Assembly (NCBI GenBank): GCA_951812955.1
Contig: OX638340.1
Location: 64,001 to 128,000 of the forward strand
DNA length: 64,000 nucleotides
Direction of reading: 5' to 3'
Source: an uncultured Gemmatimonadota bacterium
Lineage (GTDB): Bacteria > JAAXHH01
Positions within the stretch are counted from its first letter, which is position 1. Every line of letters starts with the position of its first letter. A program made the position numbers and the translations under genes. The notes beneath the pieces were generated by a model. That model searched no databases and was not told the origin of the DNA. It was given only the letters and a program-made list of their open reading frames with translations. Positions 17,651 through 27,616 of this stretch are shown in pieces.

Positions 17651-18031
17651 TCAGGCGCCGGTGAAGGAACTGTAGTCCGCGGCGGTCATCAGGCTTGTGA
17701 ATGCGCCCGCGTCATCTACCTGGAGCTTGATCATCCATCCGTCGCCGTAGGGGTCCTGGTTGACTGCTTCCGGGTTGTCTTCCAGGTCGTCGTTGACCTC
17801 CGTCACGGTCCCGCCCAGCGGACTATAGAGGTCCGAAACGGTCTTCACGGCCTCCACCGCCCCGAAAACGCCCATCTCGGCCACGGTATCGCCTTCCGTG
17901 GGCAGTTCCACGAAGACGATGTCGCCGAGTTCGGATTGCGCGAAATCGGTGATGCCGACGGTGGCGATGTCGCCCTCCATGCGCACCCACTCGTGTTCGG
18001 AAGAATAGCGGAGATCCGAGGGCGTGTTCAT
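17651..18031 (-). CDS. gcvH: Glycine cleavage system H protein
   Basis: MNTPSDLRYSSEHEWVRMEGD...VELP..., containing the lipoyl-Lys motif (EAVKTVSDLYSP). Confidence 0.92.
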   Translation of the reverse strand: MNTPSDLRYSSEHEWVRMEGDIATVGITDFAQSELGDIVFVELPTEGDTVAEMGVFGAVEAVKTVSDLYSPLGGTVTEVNDDLEDNPEAVNQDPYGDGWMIKLQVDDAGAFTSLMTAADYSSFTGA

Positions 18032-18117
18032 ACGTTCCTTTCTCCGGCGTTTCGGTCCGTTGCGGGCCGCTTCCGCCGGTCAAATCTTCAACTCAGGGGT
18101 ACACACCGGTCATATTG

Positions 18118-19464
18118 TCAACTCAAGTGGCTCATCGATTCAACGAAGGCCGTATCCGCCTCCCCGGAACGGAAGGTCGGGTGCTTCAACATGTACTGAT
18201 GGAACGGTATCGTCGTGTTGATGCCTTCGACGATGAACTCGTCCAGGGCCCGTTCGGCCCGTGTAAGCGCTTCCTCCCGGTCCTTTCCCCAGACGATCAG
18301 CTTCGCCAGCATGGAATCGTAAAACGGCGTGACGACATACTGGGCGTACACGTGGCTGTCCACCCGCACACCATAGCCGCCCGGCGTGTGAAAACTGGTG
18401 ATCTCTCCCGTGGAGGGCATGAAGTTCCGGTCCGGGTCCTCGGCGTTGATCCTGCATTCGATGGCGTGTCCACGCAGTTCAACGTCTTCCTGCGAGAACC
18501 CCAGGGGACAGCCCGCGGCGACGCGGATCTGTTCCTTGACCAGGTCCTGTGAAACGACCATTTCCGTCACGGGATGTTCTACCTGGATTCGCGTGTTCAT
18601 TTCCATGAAGTAGAACTGCCGGTCATCCGTCACCAGGAATTCCACGGTGCCGGCGTTTTCATAGTCGATGGACCGTGCCGCTCTCAGGGCCGCGTCGCCG
18701 AGACCGGACCGCAGTTCGTCGTCTACGAAGGGGGAGGGCGACTCTTCGATGAGCTTCTGCCGTCTCCGCTGAATCGAGCAGTCCCGCTCGCCCAGGTGGA
18801 CCACCTGGCCGTGCTGGTCGCCCAGGACCTGCACCTCGATGTGCCGGGCTTTCTCGATATATCGTTCCAGATACAGCGCGGAATTGTTGAACGCGTTCTG
18901 GGCCTCCCGGGAGGCCTGCCGGAAGGCTTCTCGCAGTTCGTCGGCGTTGCGCACGATGCGGATGCCCCGTCCGCCGCCGCCTGCCGAAGCCTTGATCACC
19001 AGGGGGAAACCGATGTCCTCCGAGGCCGCCAACGCCGCATCCTCGTCGGCCACGGTGTCCTCAGTCCCCGGAATGGTGGGCACGTCGGACGCCGCCACCG
19101 TCTTCCGCGCTTCGGCCTTGTCGCCCATGAGGCGGATGGCCCTCGACGCCGGTCCGATGAAGGCAATGTCGCAGGATTCGCACACTTCGGCGAAGTGGGG
19201 GCTTTCGGAAAGGAATCCGTACCCGGGATGCACAGCTTCGGCGTTCATGATTTCCGCCGCGCTGATGATGCGGGGTATGTTCAGGTAACTGTCGTTGGGC
19301 GAGTTACTGCCGATGCAGACCGCCTCGTCGGCGAAGCGTACGTGGAGAGAGTCCTGGTCCGATTCGGAGTGGACGGCCACCGTCGCGATATTCAACTCTT
19401 TGCAAGAGCGGATTACGCGCAGGGCGATCTCGCCGCGGTTTGCGATGAGGATCTTCTGGAACAT
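18118..19464 (-). CDS. accC: Acetyl-CoA carboxylase, biotin carboxylase subunit
   Basis: MFQKILIANRGEIALRVIRSCKELNI... with an ATP-grasp domain. The protein is 448 aa. Confidence 0.92.
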   Translation of the reverse strand: MFQKILIANRGEIALRVIRSCKELNIATVAVHSESDQDSLHVRFADEAVCIGSNSPNDSYLNIPRIISAAEIMNAEAVHPGYGFLSESPHFAEVCESCDIAFIGPASRAIRLMGDKAEARKTVAASDVPTIPGTEDTVADEDAALAASEDIGFPLVIKASAGGGGRGIRIVRNADELREAFRQASREAQNAFNNSALYLERYIEKARHIEVQVLGDQHGQVVHLGERDCSIQRRRQKLIEESPSPFVDDELRSGLGDAALRAARSIDYENAGTVEFLVTDDRQFYFMEMNTRIQVEHPVTEMVVSQDLVKEQIRVAAGCPLGFSQEDVELRGHAIECRINAEDPDRNFMPSTGEITSFHTPGGYGVRVDSHVYAQYVVTPFYDSMLAKLIVWGKDREEALTRAERALDEFIVEGINTTIPFHQYMLKHPTFRSGEADTAFVESMSHLS

Positions 19465-19470
19465 CGATGC

Positions 19471-19938
19471 CTATGCCGGTTCGATCAGAAACAACGGTTG
19501 GCCGTATTCGACGGGCTGGGCGTCTTCTACCAGGATGGCCATCACCCGTCCGTTCAATTCGGACTGGATGGGGTTCATCAGCTTCATGGCTTCGATGATG
19601 CACAGCTGTTGGCCGGCACTGATCCGGTCCTGCTCCTTTACGAAGGGCTCGGCTTCAGGTTCGGATGACCGGTAGAAGGTGCCCACCATGGGCGAGGTCA
19701 CCTCGATATAAGTACTGTCGGCGGAATCTGCCTGACCGTTATCCGACGGGCTGCTTGCCGCGGGCGTAGCGGCGGCCGGCGCATGGGCTTCCGCCGCGGG
19801 AGCGGGAACGACGGCCGCTGTCGTGCCGGGCGCCATTCGGACGACCCGGATCCTGCGGTCGCCCTCGGCCACCTCGACCTCCAGGATGTCGGTGTCCCGC
19901 AACGACTCGATCAGCTTGAGCACCTCATCGATTCCCAT
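19471..19938 (-). CDS. accB: Biotin carboxyl carrier protein
   Basis: The C-terminus carries ...[15 protein letters not shown]..., the biotinyl-Lys EAMKLM motif. Confidence 0.9.
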   Translation of the reverse strand: MGIDEVLKLIESLRDTDILEVEVAEGDRRIRVVRMAPGTTAAVVPAPAAEAHAPAAATPAASSPSDNGQADSADSTYIEVTSPMVGTFYRSSEPEAEPFVKEQDRISAGQQLCIIEAMKLMNPIQSELNGRVMAILVEDAQPVEYGQPLFLIEPA

Positions 19939-19984
19939 GTCTGACTCCTCGGTAGGGCGGTTACACCCACTATCGGTAGGGCGG

Positions 19985-20542
19985 TTACACCCGCTCTACG
20001 TACTCCCGGGACCGCGTATCGATGCGCAACACGTCGCCCGGGTTAATGAACAGCGGGACCTGAACCACGGCGCCGCTCTCGAGCGTGGCCGGTTTGGTGC
20101 CTCCCGACGCGGTATCGCCACGGACGCCCGGGTCGGTCTGCGTCACTTCCAGCTCGATGAAATTCGGCATCTCAATGCCCACGACGCCCTGGTCCGCGGT
20201 GAGCAACTCGAGCGTCATGCTGTCCTTGATGTAATCTTTATTGTCGCCGATGATTGCCGCGCCTACCGGTACCTGTTCGTAGGTCTCCAGGTCCATCATG
20301 TAGTACATGTCGCCGTCGGCGTACTGGAATTGGGCCTTGCGCCGTTCCACACGCACGTCTTCCAGCTTGTCCGAGGCCTTGTAGGTCTTATCGATAACGG
20401 ACCCGGTGTGGAGATGTTTCAGGCGGGTGCGCGAAAAGGCCGTCCCCTTGCCAGGCTTGATGTGTTCGCAACCCGTGATGAAGTATATGGACCCATCAAT
20501 CCGTATAGCCATACCGGTGCGCAATTCCGTAGCGTTTACCAT
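19985..20542 (-). CDS. efp: Elongation factor P
   Basis: [44 protein letters not shown]..., a typical 185-aa EF-P. The ORF caller's longer N-terminal extension runs through tRNA-His and is rejected. Confidence 0.9.
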   Translation of the reverse strand: MVNATELRTGMAIRIDGSIYFITGCEHIKPGKGTAFSRTRLKHLHTGSVIDKTYKASDKLEDVRVERRKAQFQYADGDMYYMMDLETYEQVPVGAAIIGDNKDYIKDSMTLELLTADQGVVGIEMPNFIELEVTQTDPGVRGDTASGGTKPATLESGAVVQVPLFINPGDVLRIDTRSREYVERV

Positions 20543-20661
20543 TTGATTCGGCGGGTCTCCTTGACCAGCCCTGTCGGCTGGTACGCGAAAACCGGGTAAT
20601 CGGCGGATATACGGCGCGCCGAGGATCCTGTCCGGACGGGAAGAATACATCCCATTTGCAG

Positions 20662-20736
20662 GGTGGGCAACGGGATTCGAACCCGCGACCTCCAGAGCCA
20701 CAGTCTAGCGCTCTAACCAACTGAGCTATGCCCACC
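20662..20736 (-). tRNA. tRNA-His (anticodon GUG) with encoded G-1
   Basis: The reverse complement is G-GTGGGCATAGCTCAGTTGGTTAGAGCGCTAGACTGTGGCTCTGGAGGTCGCGGGTTCGAATCCCGTTGCCCACC-C. The anticodon loop is CTGTGGC, and the extra 5' G pairs with discriminator C73. Confidence 0.85.
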
Positions 20737-20758
20737 ATCACCGACGAATGGAGCAAGC

Positions 20759-20788
20759 AATATAGGCGCGATACCAAACTTCTGTCAA
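20759..20788 (-). promoter_or_regulatory. Sigma-70-type promoter for tRNA-His/efp (TTGACA-N18-TATATT)
   Basis: On the minus strand, TTGACA (20783-20788), an 18-nt spacer and TATATT (20759-20764) are read. It shares the TTGACAGAAG context with the ssrA promoter. Confidence 0.45.
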
Positions 20789-20892
20789 GGGATTTGTCCG
20801 AGATCCGGCACCCGTTCGGCGAGGTGGCGAGGCAAGGTCTTCGTTCCATGTCCGGCCGCCGAATTCACGCGGAGCGTAACGGGGGAAACCGC

Positions 20893-21789
20893 TCAAAATC
20901 GCCCACTCCGGTCCGATGCGCCATCATCCGATGCGCCATCCTTCGAAGCGCCATCTATTGATTCGAAGACCGGCGCCGCCTCTTCAAGGGGACGTCGGAC
21001 GACGGTTTCGGGCAGGCGCACGTCGATGTCCGCCGGCTTCAATCCGCGATTGACCGACTGCGTCCGGTAGTTCAACTCGAACGTCCCCGCTTGATGGCCC
21101 TCGCGGGTTATCCGGATGCGGTCTGGTCTCCAGATCCCATTCCGTCTGCGAAAGCGTTCGTACGTCCTGGTGACGGTTGCACGGTTCACAGGAGATTCCG
21201 ACACCTCCCGCGTGACCGACATGGTCTTCGTGTCGATCCACAGCGATCTCCGGCCGTTGCCGACCACGAGCGTGACGGCCGCCGAACCTCCGTCCTGGCG
21301 GTAGTCCGCTACGGGCAGCCCGCCGTATCTTCCCGGCGCTACGGTCCCGGTCACGGCGGCGCGCACGTCCTCCAGGGTCAGGTCCAGACCGGGAATGGTG
21401 GCGTCGCCTGTCCCGACCGTGCCTTCGAACACCGTGTTTTCCCGGGGTATGTACAGACGTACCTGGCGGTCGTGAATGAGGAGAACGGCGAGGATCTGGA
21501 AGAGGGATCCATGCACGTCGATACGGAATCGCGCCGGGTTGAGATATCGAATTCGAAGCGATGCGCGGCCCCGGCGGTTCGCGAAGGATGTCTCGACAAC
21601 CGCACTGCCCCTGAAATCCTGAAGGCGCGCGGAGGCCGCATCGATCTCCCGCAGAAGCATTTCGACCGGTAATTGAGGCGGCGCTGCGGCCGGCGGCCGG
21701 CAGGACAGCAACAGGAGGCCTATGCTGGCGAGCAACCAGGATCGGCCGGCCCGGTGCGGGCCATGCGGACCGGGCGTCTTACCTTGCAT
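20893..21789 (-). CDS. Lipoprotein (signal peptide plus lipobox LLLSC), LolA-like/DUF4292-like, downstream of the TPR protein
   Basis: N-terminal signal peptide with a Cys lipobox. The C-terminus has DGAS(K/D)DGASD repeats, encoded by a 15-bp tandem repeat at about 20911-20955. It overlaps the upstream TPR gene by 11 nt. Confidence 0.6.
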   Translation of the reverse strand: MQGKTPGPHGPHRAGRSWLLASIGLLLLSCRPPAAAPPQLPVEMLLREIDAASARLQDFRGSAVVETSFANRRGRASLRIRYLNPARFRIDVHGSLFQILAVLLIHDRQVRLYIPRENTVFEGTVGTGDATIPGLDLTLEDVRAAVTGTVAPGRYGGLPVADYRQDGGSAAVTLVVGNGRRSLWIDTKTMSVTREVSESPVNRATVTRTYERFRRRNGIWRPDRIRITREGHQAGTFELNYRTQSVNRGLKPADIDVRLPETVVRRPLEEAAPVFESIDGASKDGASDDGASDRSGRF

Positions 21790-24097
21790 CCTGGAGTTTT
21801 TGCAGAATCTCTTCGGATTCCTCGGGGGTTATGTCTTCCATCTCGAGGGCGCGCTCCCAGAAACGGACGGCGCGATCGCGCATGCCGAGCTGATTGTAGA
21901 TGTCTCCGAGGTGGTCGTGCACCGTCGCGCTGGTGTCTTCGAACTGAATGGCTTTTTCCACATACAGCCGCGCATTACGGTAGTCGCCCTGCCTGTAATA
22001 CACCCATCCCAGGCTGTCCAGGAACGCTCCGTTCTCCGGGCTCTGCTCGAGCGCTTTTTCGATCATCACCTTGGCTTCTTCGAGCCGCAGGCCCCGGTCG
22101 GCCAGGATATAACCCAGGTAGTTCAGCGTGTAAATGTCGTCGGGATCGATTTCCAGGGCGGTCTCGAAGGTGGCCACGGCTTTCTCGAACTGTCCCGACT
22201 GGTCGTAGTTCTGCGCCAGCAGGAAGAGGAGGCGGTGATGTCCCTCGAACCGATCGACCGCTTCTTCCGCGATCTCGATGGCCTCCTCGTAATGCTTCTG
22301 CTCCGTATGGGCGTAACCCAGGTAGAACCACAGGTCGGGGTTTCCGGGAACGATTTCCAATCCGTCGCGAAGGACCTGGATGCCGACTTCGTAGTCCTCC
22401 TGGCGCAGATGGGACAGCCCCAGATTCACCCACCCTCGTCCGTCGTTCGGATTGAGATCCACGACCTTTCGGAATTGTGCGACGGCCTGGTCGAAATCCT
22501 CCCTGGACATGTAACTGACGCCCAGATACAGGTAGAGCTCGGGAATCTCGGGAAGGATCGACATGGCCTGGGTGAGCACGCTTTCCGCCTGTTCGAACTT
22601 GTCCTGCCGGAGGTAGGCCAGGCTCAGGCTGATCCATCCGCGGGGATCATGGCGATTGATGTTTATGCTTTTCTGTGCCTGATCGATGGACTTGTTGTAC
22701 ATCTCGTTATCGAGATAGACGTTCGCCAGGTTCAGGCGCAGGGTGACGTCGTCCGGCAACGATTCCACGCCTTCATGCAATGCGGCGATTCCGTCCTGCG
22801 TCCGTCCTTGTTCCATGAGGGCGTAACCCAGCGAAATCCAGCTTCTGCCGTGGGTGGGATCCGCTGCGATGGCCGACCTGAACGCGTCGACTGCGAGGGG
22901 ATAGGCGCCGGATTCCTGGTATACGAATCCAAGGTGCAGGTAGAGGTCGGCGTGCTCTCCCAGGATGCCCAGGCCGTCTTTCAGTGCGGTCTCGGCCCGT
23001 TCGGCATCCCCGGCGCCGCGGTACGCCAGTCCGAGGCTGATCCGGTATTTCACTTCTCTTGCGTCCAGCGAGATTGCTTTCTTCAGCGGAGCCACGGCCT
23101 CTTCCGGCCTGTCCTGGGTGAGCAGCACTTCTCCCATCGTTCCGTGGAGCACGGCCGCGTCGGGATGTAATTCCAGACCCTCGCGCAGGGTAGCCAGCGC
23201 CTGCTCGGTCTCGCCGAGGTCCTGGTAGGCGTCGCCCAGTTCCGCCCACAGATCCGGAGACGTCCGGTTGTGCTCGAGCAGCAGCCGGTACTCTTCGGCC
23301 GCTTCGCCCGGCCGGCCGAGGAACTTCAGGAGGAGCGCGAGCCGGCGCCGCAGGTCCGCTTCCCGGTCGGGCCCCAGCGCGATAATCTCCCGGTACATGA
23401 CAACGACCCTGTCCCACTGCCGTCTCTCCTCGTAGATCTCCGTCAGGCCTATCCTTGCGGGAATCGAATCGGGATAGTCGTCCAGCACTTTCCGCAACGC
23501 GATGACCGCCTTGTCATACATCCCTCTCCTTTTGTAGGCGTCGGCCAGTTTGAAATGGAATTCAGGATTGCGCGGCGCCAGGCGGCTCAGCGTTTCAAGT
23601 TCCCTGAGGACGGCTTCCGGGTCGTTCAATCGGTCCGCCAGCTGGGAAAGGGCGATATGGGCCTCGATGTGGTTCGGCTCCAGCGTGACGGCCCGTTCGA
23701 ATGCGGCCCGGGCCGGCAGGTACTTGCCCAGGTCGGCTTGGCACTTCCCCAGCACGACCCATGATTCCGTTGCTGTCGAATCGAGGGCTACCGCCGTCCG
23801 GGCGTGCCGCTGCGCCTTGTCGCGGTCGAATACCCGGTAGAAGTTCACGGCGAGCGCGGTGTGGATTTCCGCGGACGAGGGATCGAACTCGAGCGCCTGT
23901 AGATAGGATTTGATTGCGTTATCCGTATCGTTCTGGGCGTCGTAGAGGCCGCCCCGGGCGTAATGCTCCAGGGCCTTGGCCCGGTCTTCCTGGCCATGTA
24001 CATTGCCCTGGGGACACAGGGCGGTCAGCGCCATGAAGACGAGTAGGGCGTACCACCGGGCCGGACCGAACTTGACCGGTCTTCTTCCCGCCCGCAT
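21779..24097 (-). CDS. Secreted tetratricopeptide-repeat (TPR) protein (~770 aa)
   Basis: More than 15 recognisable 34-aa TPR units (W-LG-Y...A...F..AL...P). The signal peptide follows the Met at 24097, which I take as the start over the upstream ATG at 24145. Confidence 0.75.
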   Translation of the reverse strand: MRAGRRPVKFGPARWYALLVFMALTALCPQGNVHGQEDRAKALEHYARGGLYDAQNDTDNAIKSYLQALEFDPSSAEIHTALAVNFYRVFDRDKAQRHARTAVALDSTATESWVVLGKCQADLGKYLPARAAFERAVTLEPNHIEAHIALSQLADRLNDPEAVLRELETLSRLAPRNPEFHFKLADAYKRRGMYDKAVIALRKVLDDYPDSIPARIGLTEIYEERRQWDRVVVMYREIIALGPDREADLRRRLALLLKFLGRPGEAAEEYRLLLEHNRTSPDLWAELGDAYQDLGETEQALATLREGLELHPDAAVLHGTMGEVLLTQDRPEEAVAPLKKAISLDAREVKYRISLGLAYRGAGDAERAETALKDGLGILGEHADLYLHLGFVYQESGAYPLAVDAFRSAIAADPTHGRSWISLGYALMEQGRTQDGIAALHEGVESLPDDVTLRLNLANVYLDNEMYNKSIDQAQKSININRHDPRGWISLSLAYLRQDKFEQAESVLTQAMSILPEIPELYLYLGVSYMSREDFDQAVAQFRKVVDLNPNDGRGWVNLGLSHLRQEDYEVGIQVLRDGLEIVPGNPDLWFYLGYAHTEQKHYEEAIEIAEEAVDRFEGHHRLLFLLAQNYDQSGQFEKAVATFETALEIDPDDIYTLNYLGYILADRGLRLEEAKVMIEKALEQSPENGAFLDSLGWVYYRQGDYRNARLYVEKAIQFEDTSATVHDHLGDIYNQLGMRDRAVRFWERALEMEDITPEESEEILQKLQDAR

Positions 24098-24119
24098 GTG
24101 TCCGCCCGTCGTCAGGCGA

Positions 24120-25442
24120 TTATCGGAATATCCGTGTAATATCATTGAATACCACGAAAACCATCAGCACCAGCAGCAGGGCCATGCCCGTCTGCTGCCA
24201 TATAAGCCGGTACCTCAGGGAAAGCGGACGCCGGAGCACTTTCTCGACGCCCAGGATGAGCAGTTGGCCGCCGTCGAGCGCAGGAATGGGCAGCAGGTTG
24301 AGAATGGCGAGGTTGATGCTCAGAAAGGCCATGAAGCTGAACAGACTGCTGGCTCCCTGGCGGGCGCTGTCTCCCGCCATCCTTGCGATGGCGATGGGGC
24401 CGCCCACCGAGTCGGTGGACACCTCCCCCAGGACCAGTTTCTTGACGAATCCGAGTATGGTGTAGGTGACGTTGACCAGTTGCGTCCCCGCCAGTCCGGC
24501 GGAGGAGACCAGCCCCGCAGGACTGCGTTTGATATGATCCTGCTGGGTTATGCCGATCTGGCCGATATCGATCACGTCTCCGGTCTCGCGGTCCAGGTCC
24601 TGGGCCGTGATGGGTATGACGATCACCTGGTGGTACTGGCCGTTTCGTGTCCAGGACACCGTGGTTTCCATGCCCGGACGGACGCGTATCAGTTCGACCA
24701 TTTCGTACCACTGCGTGACCGGGGCGCCGTTTACCGAGGTAATGACGTCCCCAGACCGCAGGCCGGCCTTCTCGGCTGGAGAGTCCGGGATGACTGAGCT
24801 CACGGCCGACGCGCGGAAATAGTCCAGGCCGGCCAGGCGTTCCGCCGCGTCGTCGCCGCCGTACCGTACTTCTAACGCGCGTTCCTGTCCCTCCCGCTGC
24901 ACTTTCAGATCGAGGGACGCCGCCGTGCCGGACGCGAGCCGTTCCCTTACATCCTCCCACGTATCGACGGGCGCCTGGTCGATCTCGAGGATTTCATCGC
25001 CGACCTGCAACCCCGCCGCCGCGTAGGGGCTGGCGTTTTCCACCCGGCCAACCGTGGTCGTATCGACGAGCATCACGCCCATGGTCGCGTAGAACAGCCA
25101 GAAGATGATGAAGGCGAGGACGAAATTCATTCCGGGACCGGCCGCGATGACGAAGGCACGCGCTCCCACGGACTTGGATTGGAATTCCCAGGGCTCGTTC
25201 CCGTGCTCTTCTCCATCGGCATCGGGCTGCTCTCCGGCCATTTTCACATACCCACCCAGGGGGATCCAGGAGATGCAATACTCGGTGTCTCCTATGGTCT
25301 TTCCGATCATCTTGGGCGGGAATCCGAGAGAGAACCGCTCCACCCGGATGCCCATGCGCTTGGCGGCCAGGAAGTGACCGAGCTCATGGATGAAGACCAG
25401 CAGCCCCAGGACGAATATCGCCGATAACACGGTTGTCAACAT
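24120..25442 (-). CDS. rseP: RIP zinc metalloprotease RseP (site-2 protease, M50 family)
   Basis: HExxH is HELGHFLAAK near the N-terminus. PDZ-like segments and an LDGG motif are present. The protein is 440 aa and follows dxr. Confidence 0.9.
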   Translation of the reverse strand: MLTTVLSAIFVLGLLVFIHELGHFLAAKRMGIRVERFSLGFPPKMIGKTIGDTEYCISWIPLGGYVKMAGEQPDADGEEHGNEPWEFQSKSVGARAFVIAAGPGMNFVLAFIIFWLFYATMGVMLVDTTTVGRVENASPYAAAGLQVGDEILEIDQAPVDTWEDVRERLASGTAASLDLKVQREGQERALEVRYGGDDAAERLAGLDYFRASAVSSVIPDSPAEKAGLRSGDVITSVNGAPVTQWYEMVELIRVRPGMETTVSWTRNGQYHQVIVIPITAQDLDRETGDVIDIGQIGITQQDHIKRSPAGLVSSAGLAGTQLVNVTYTILGFVKKLVLGEVSTDSVGGPIAIARMAGDSARQGASSLFSFMAFLSINLAILNLLPIPALDGGQLLILGVEKVLRRPLSLRYRLIWQQTGMALLLVLMVFVVFNDITRIFR

Positions 25443-25545
25443 GCCTGCTTCTCCGTTCTAGTCTTGCCGTTTGCGATGCGTTCACCCGGCGTCGCCCGCG
25501 AGGACGCCTGCCCGGATGCCAGAGTGAATATAAGGGTGTGCGGTG

Positions 25546-26733
25546 CTATCCGGCAATCAACTTTTCCCTGCAGTACGTCCTGGTCCACCGGTCCGCCGCC
25601 ACGATGGATTCCAACGTAACCGGTGCCGCGCTACCCGGGGCTGCCCCGTGCCGGTCGCTACCCGGTGCGGCCCCGTGCCGGTCCATGGCATCGGCGATGA
25701 TGCGTGGTATGTCGTTAAACCCGATCCGCTGCTGGAGGAAGGCCTCGACGGCCACTTCGTCGGCCGTGCTCAAAACGGCGGGCAAGGTGGACCCGCGGCG
25801 GATGGCGTCGTAGGCGAGACCCAGGCAGGGAAACATGGCTACATTGGGCGGATCCAGTGTCAGGGACCAGTGCCGCGTGATGTCGAACCGGGGCCACGGT
25901 GTTTCCAGGCGTTCCGGGTACGAGAGGGCATACTGGATCGGTATGCGCATGTCGGTCGGACCCATCTGGGCCAACAGCGATCCGTCTACCATCTCTACCA
26001 TGGAGTGGATGATGGACTGCGGATGGATCACCACGTCGATCTTCGACACGGGGAGGCCGAAGAGCCAGTGGGCCTCGATGACCTCGAATCCCTTGTTCAT
26101 GAGCGTGGCGGAATCGATCGTGACCTTCCGTCCCATGTTCCACGTGGGATGGTTCAGCGCTTCTTTCGACGACATCCGCGACAGTTCATCCGGGTCGCTG
26201 TCGCGAAAGGGTCCGCCCGATGCCGTCAGGACCACGCGCTCGACCCGGTCCGGGTCCTGGCCGGACAGGCACTGGTGCACCGCGCAGTGTTCGCTGTCCA
26301 CGGGCAGGATCTCCACGCCGTGGCGACGCGCCGCCGCCATGACGATCTCCCCGGCCATGACCAGGATCTCCTTGTTGGCCAGTCCGATGGTCTTGCCCGC
26401 TTCGATCGCCCTCAGCGTGGGCACCAGCCCCGCGCTGCCCGGAAGGGCGCTGATAACCAGGTCCACGTCAGGATGGGTGACCGCTTCGATCAGTCCCTCC
26501 ACACCCGTGTGGATCGATGGCGCGCCGGCGCCGCGGGCAAGCGCTGCCGCCCGTTCCGCGTCGTGGACGGCGATCATGCGCGGGCCGAACCGCGCGATCT
26601 GCCGCTCCAGCAGATCGACCCGGCTATGGGCGGTAAGGCTGTGCGCCGCGTACCGGTCCGGGAAGGCCGCGATGACCTCCAGCGTCTGCGTGCCGACTGA
26701 ACCCGTCGAACCCAGGATGGCGATTTGCTTCAT
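25546..26733 (-). CDS. dxr: 1-deoxy-D-xylulose 5-phosphate reductoisomerase
   Basis: MKQIAILGSTGSVGTQTLEVI.... The C-terminal tail carries the duplicated DRHGAAPGS peptide. Confidence 0.92.
   Translation of the reverse strand: MKQIAILGSTGSVGTQTLEVIAAFPDRYAAHSLTAHSRVDLLERQIARFGPRMIAVHDAERAAALARGAGAPSIHTGVEGLIEAVTHPDVDLVISALPGSAGLVPTLRAIEAGKTIGLANKEILVMAGEIVMAAARRHGVEILPVDSEHCAVHQCLSGQDPDRVERVVLTASGGPFRDSDPDELSRMSSKEALNHPTWNMGRKVTIDSATLMNKGFEVIEAHWLFGLPVSKIDVVIHPQSIIHSMVEMVDGSLLAQMGPTDMRIPIQYALSYPERLETPWPRFDITRHWSLTLDPPNVAMFPCLGLAYDAIRRGSTLPAVLSTADEVAVEAFLQQRIGFNDIPRIIADAMDRHGAAPGSDRHGAAPGSAAPVTLESIVAADRWTRTYCREKLIAG
25630..25683. repeat. 27-bp in-frame tandem duplication inside the dxr 3' region
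   Basis: GCTACCCGGGGCTGCCCCGTGCCGGTC is followed by GCTACCCGGTGCGGCCCCGTGCCGGTC. This encodes DRHGAAPGS twice. Confidence 0.6.
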
Positions 26734-26759
26734 GGCTTCAGTTTACTCCGATCGAGGTG

Positions 26760-27602
26760 TCAGCCGACGGCGTAGGCCAGGTAGTAATACACGAAAGGCG
26801 CCGCGAAGAAAACGCTGTCGAACCGGTCCAGTATCCCGCCATGGCCCGGTATGAGGCTAGAAGAATCCTTCAGGCCCGCGTCCCGTTTCACCAGGGACTC
26901 CGCCAGGTCGCCCACTTGGGCGACGATGCCGCCCGCCGCGCCCAGGACGACGCAGTGCAGCGGACTGAGAAAGGGAAACAACGCATATTTGAGCGCGAAC
27001 ATGAAGGCGACGGCGCCGATCAGCCCCCCGATGGCGCCCTCGACGGTCTTGCCCGCGCTGACGCGGGGCAGCAGCTTGCGGCGACCCATCAACCTGCCGG
27101 TAAAGTAGGCGAAGGCGTCGTAGGACCATGGTATGGCGAATGCGAGGAGGACCGGTGCCATGGCCCGGCCTCCCCATGCCGTGACGTCCGGATCGACGAT
27201 GGGCCAGCTGCCCAGGAGGATCAGGTGGCTGCCTAGCAGGCCGATGTAGACGACGCCGAAAACCGTGGCCGCCACGTTATGGAAGTGGGAATGCGCGCCT
27301 TTCCTGAATATCTCCGAAGTGGCGGTCGTAAGCAGGAGGACTGTGAGGATCAGCGGGGCGTGGTTGCCCGCTTCAAGCCAGGCGTCGAGACACAGCAGGA
27401 AAACCGCGGGTACGCCGATGTACCTGTTAGGCGCTGTGTCCCTGGCCGCTGCGATTCCGTGGAATTCGCGCAGGCCGAAGAGCACGACGAGGGTGACGAA
27501 CACGAAGAGGCCCGTTCCGCCCATCCAGCAGAGGAACACGATGCACGGGACGAATACCACGCCCACGATGACACGGACCCACGTCTCCGCGAAGGCGGCC
27601 AT
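26760..27602 (-). CDS. cdsA: Phosphatidate cytidylyltransferase
   Basis: A multi-TM protein with the C-terminal CTP-transferase signature ...IPGHGGILDRFDSV.... Confidence 0.9.
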   Translation of the reverse strand: MAAFAETWVRVIVGVVFVPCIVFLCWMGGTGLFVFVTLVVLFGLREFHGIAAARDTAPNRYIGVPAVFLLCLDAWLEAGNHAPLILTVLLLTTATSEIFRKGAHSHFHNVAATVFGVVYIGLLGSHLILLGSWPIVDPDVTAWGGRAMAPVLLAFAIPWSYDAFAYFTGRLMGRRKLLPRVSAGKTVEGAIGGLIGAVAFMFALKYALFPFLSPLHCVVLGAAGGIVAQVGDLAESLVKRDAGLKDSSSLIPGHGGILDRFDSVFFAAPFVYYYLAYAVG

Positions 27603-27616
27603 GGAGATCCACTCCG

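Noticed and set aside
18032-18117. Possible glycine riboswitch upstream of gcvH
   Set aside because: The intergenic region is only about 85 nt and lacks the tandem aptamer conserved segments. gcvH appears co-transcribed with accB-accC upstream.
19985-20701. The 238-aa efp ORF as called, with a 53-aa N-terminal extension
   Set aside because: The extension runs straight through a well-formed tRNA-His gene (20662..20736). EF-P proper starts at the internal Met at 20542 (MVNATELR...).
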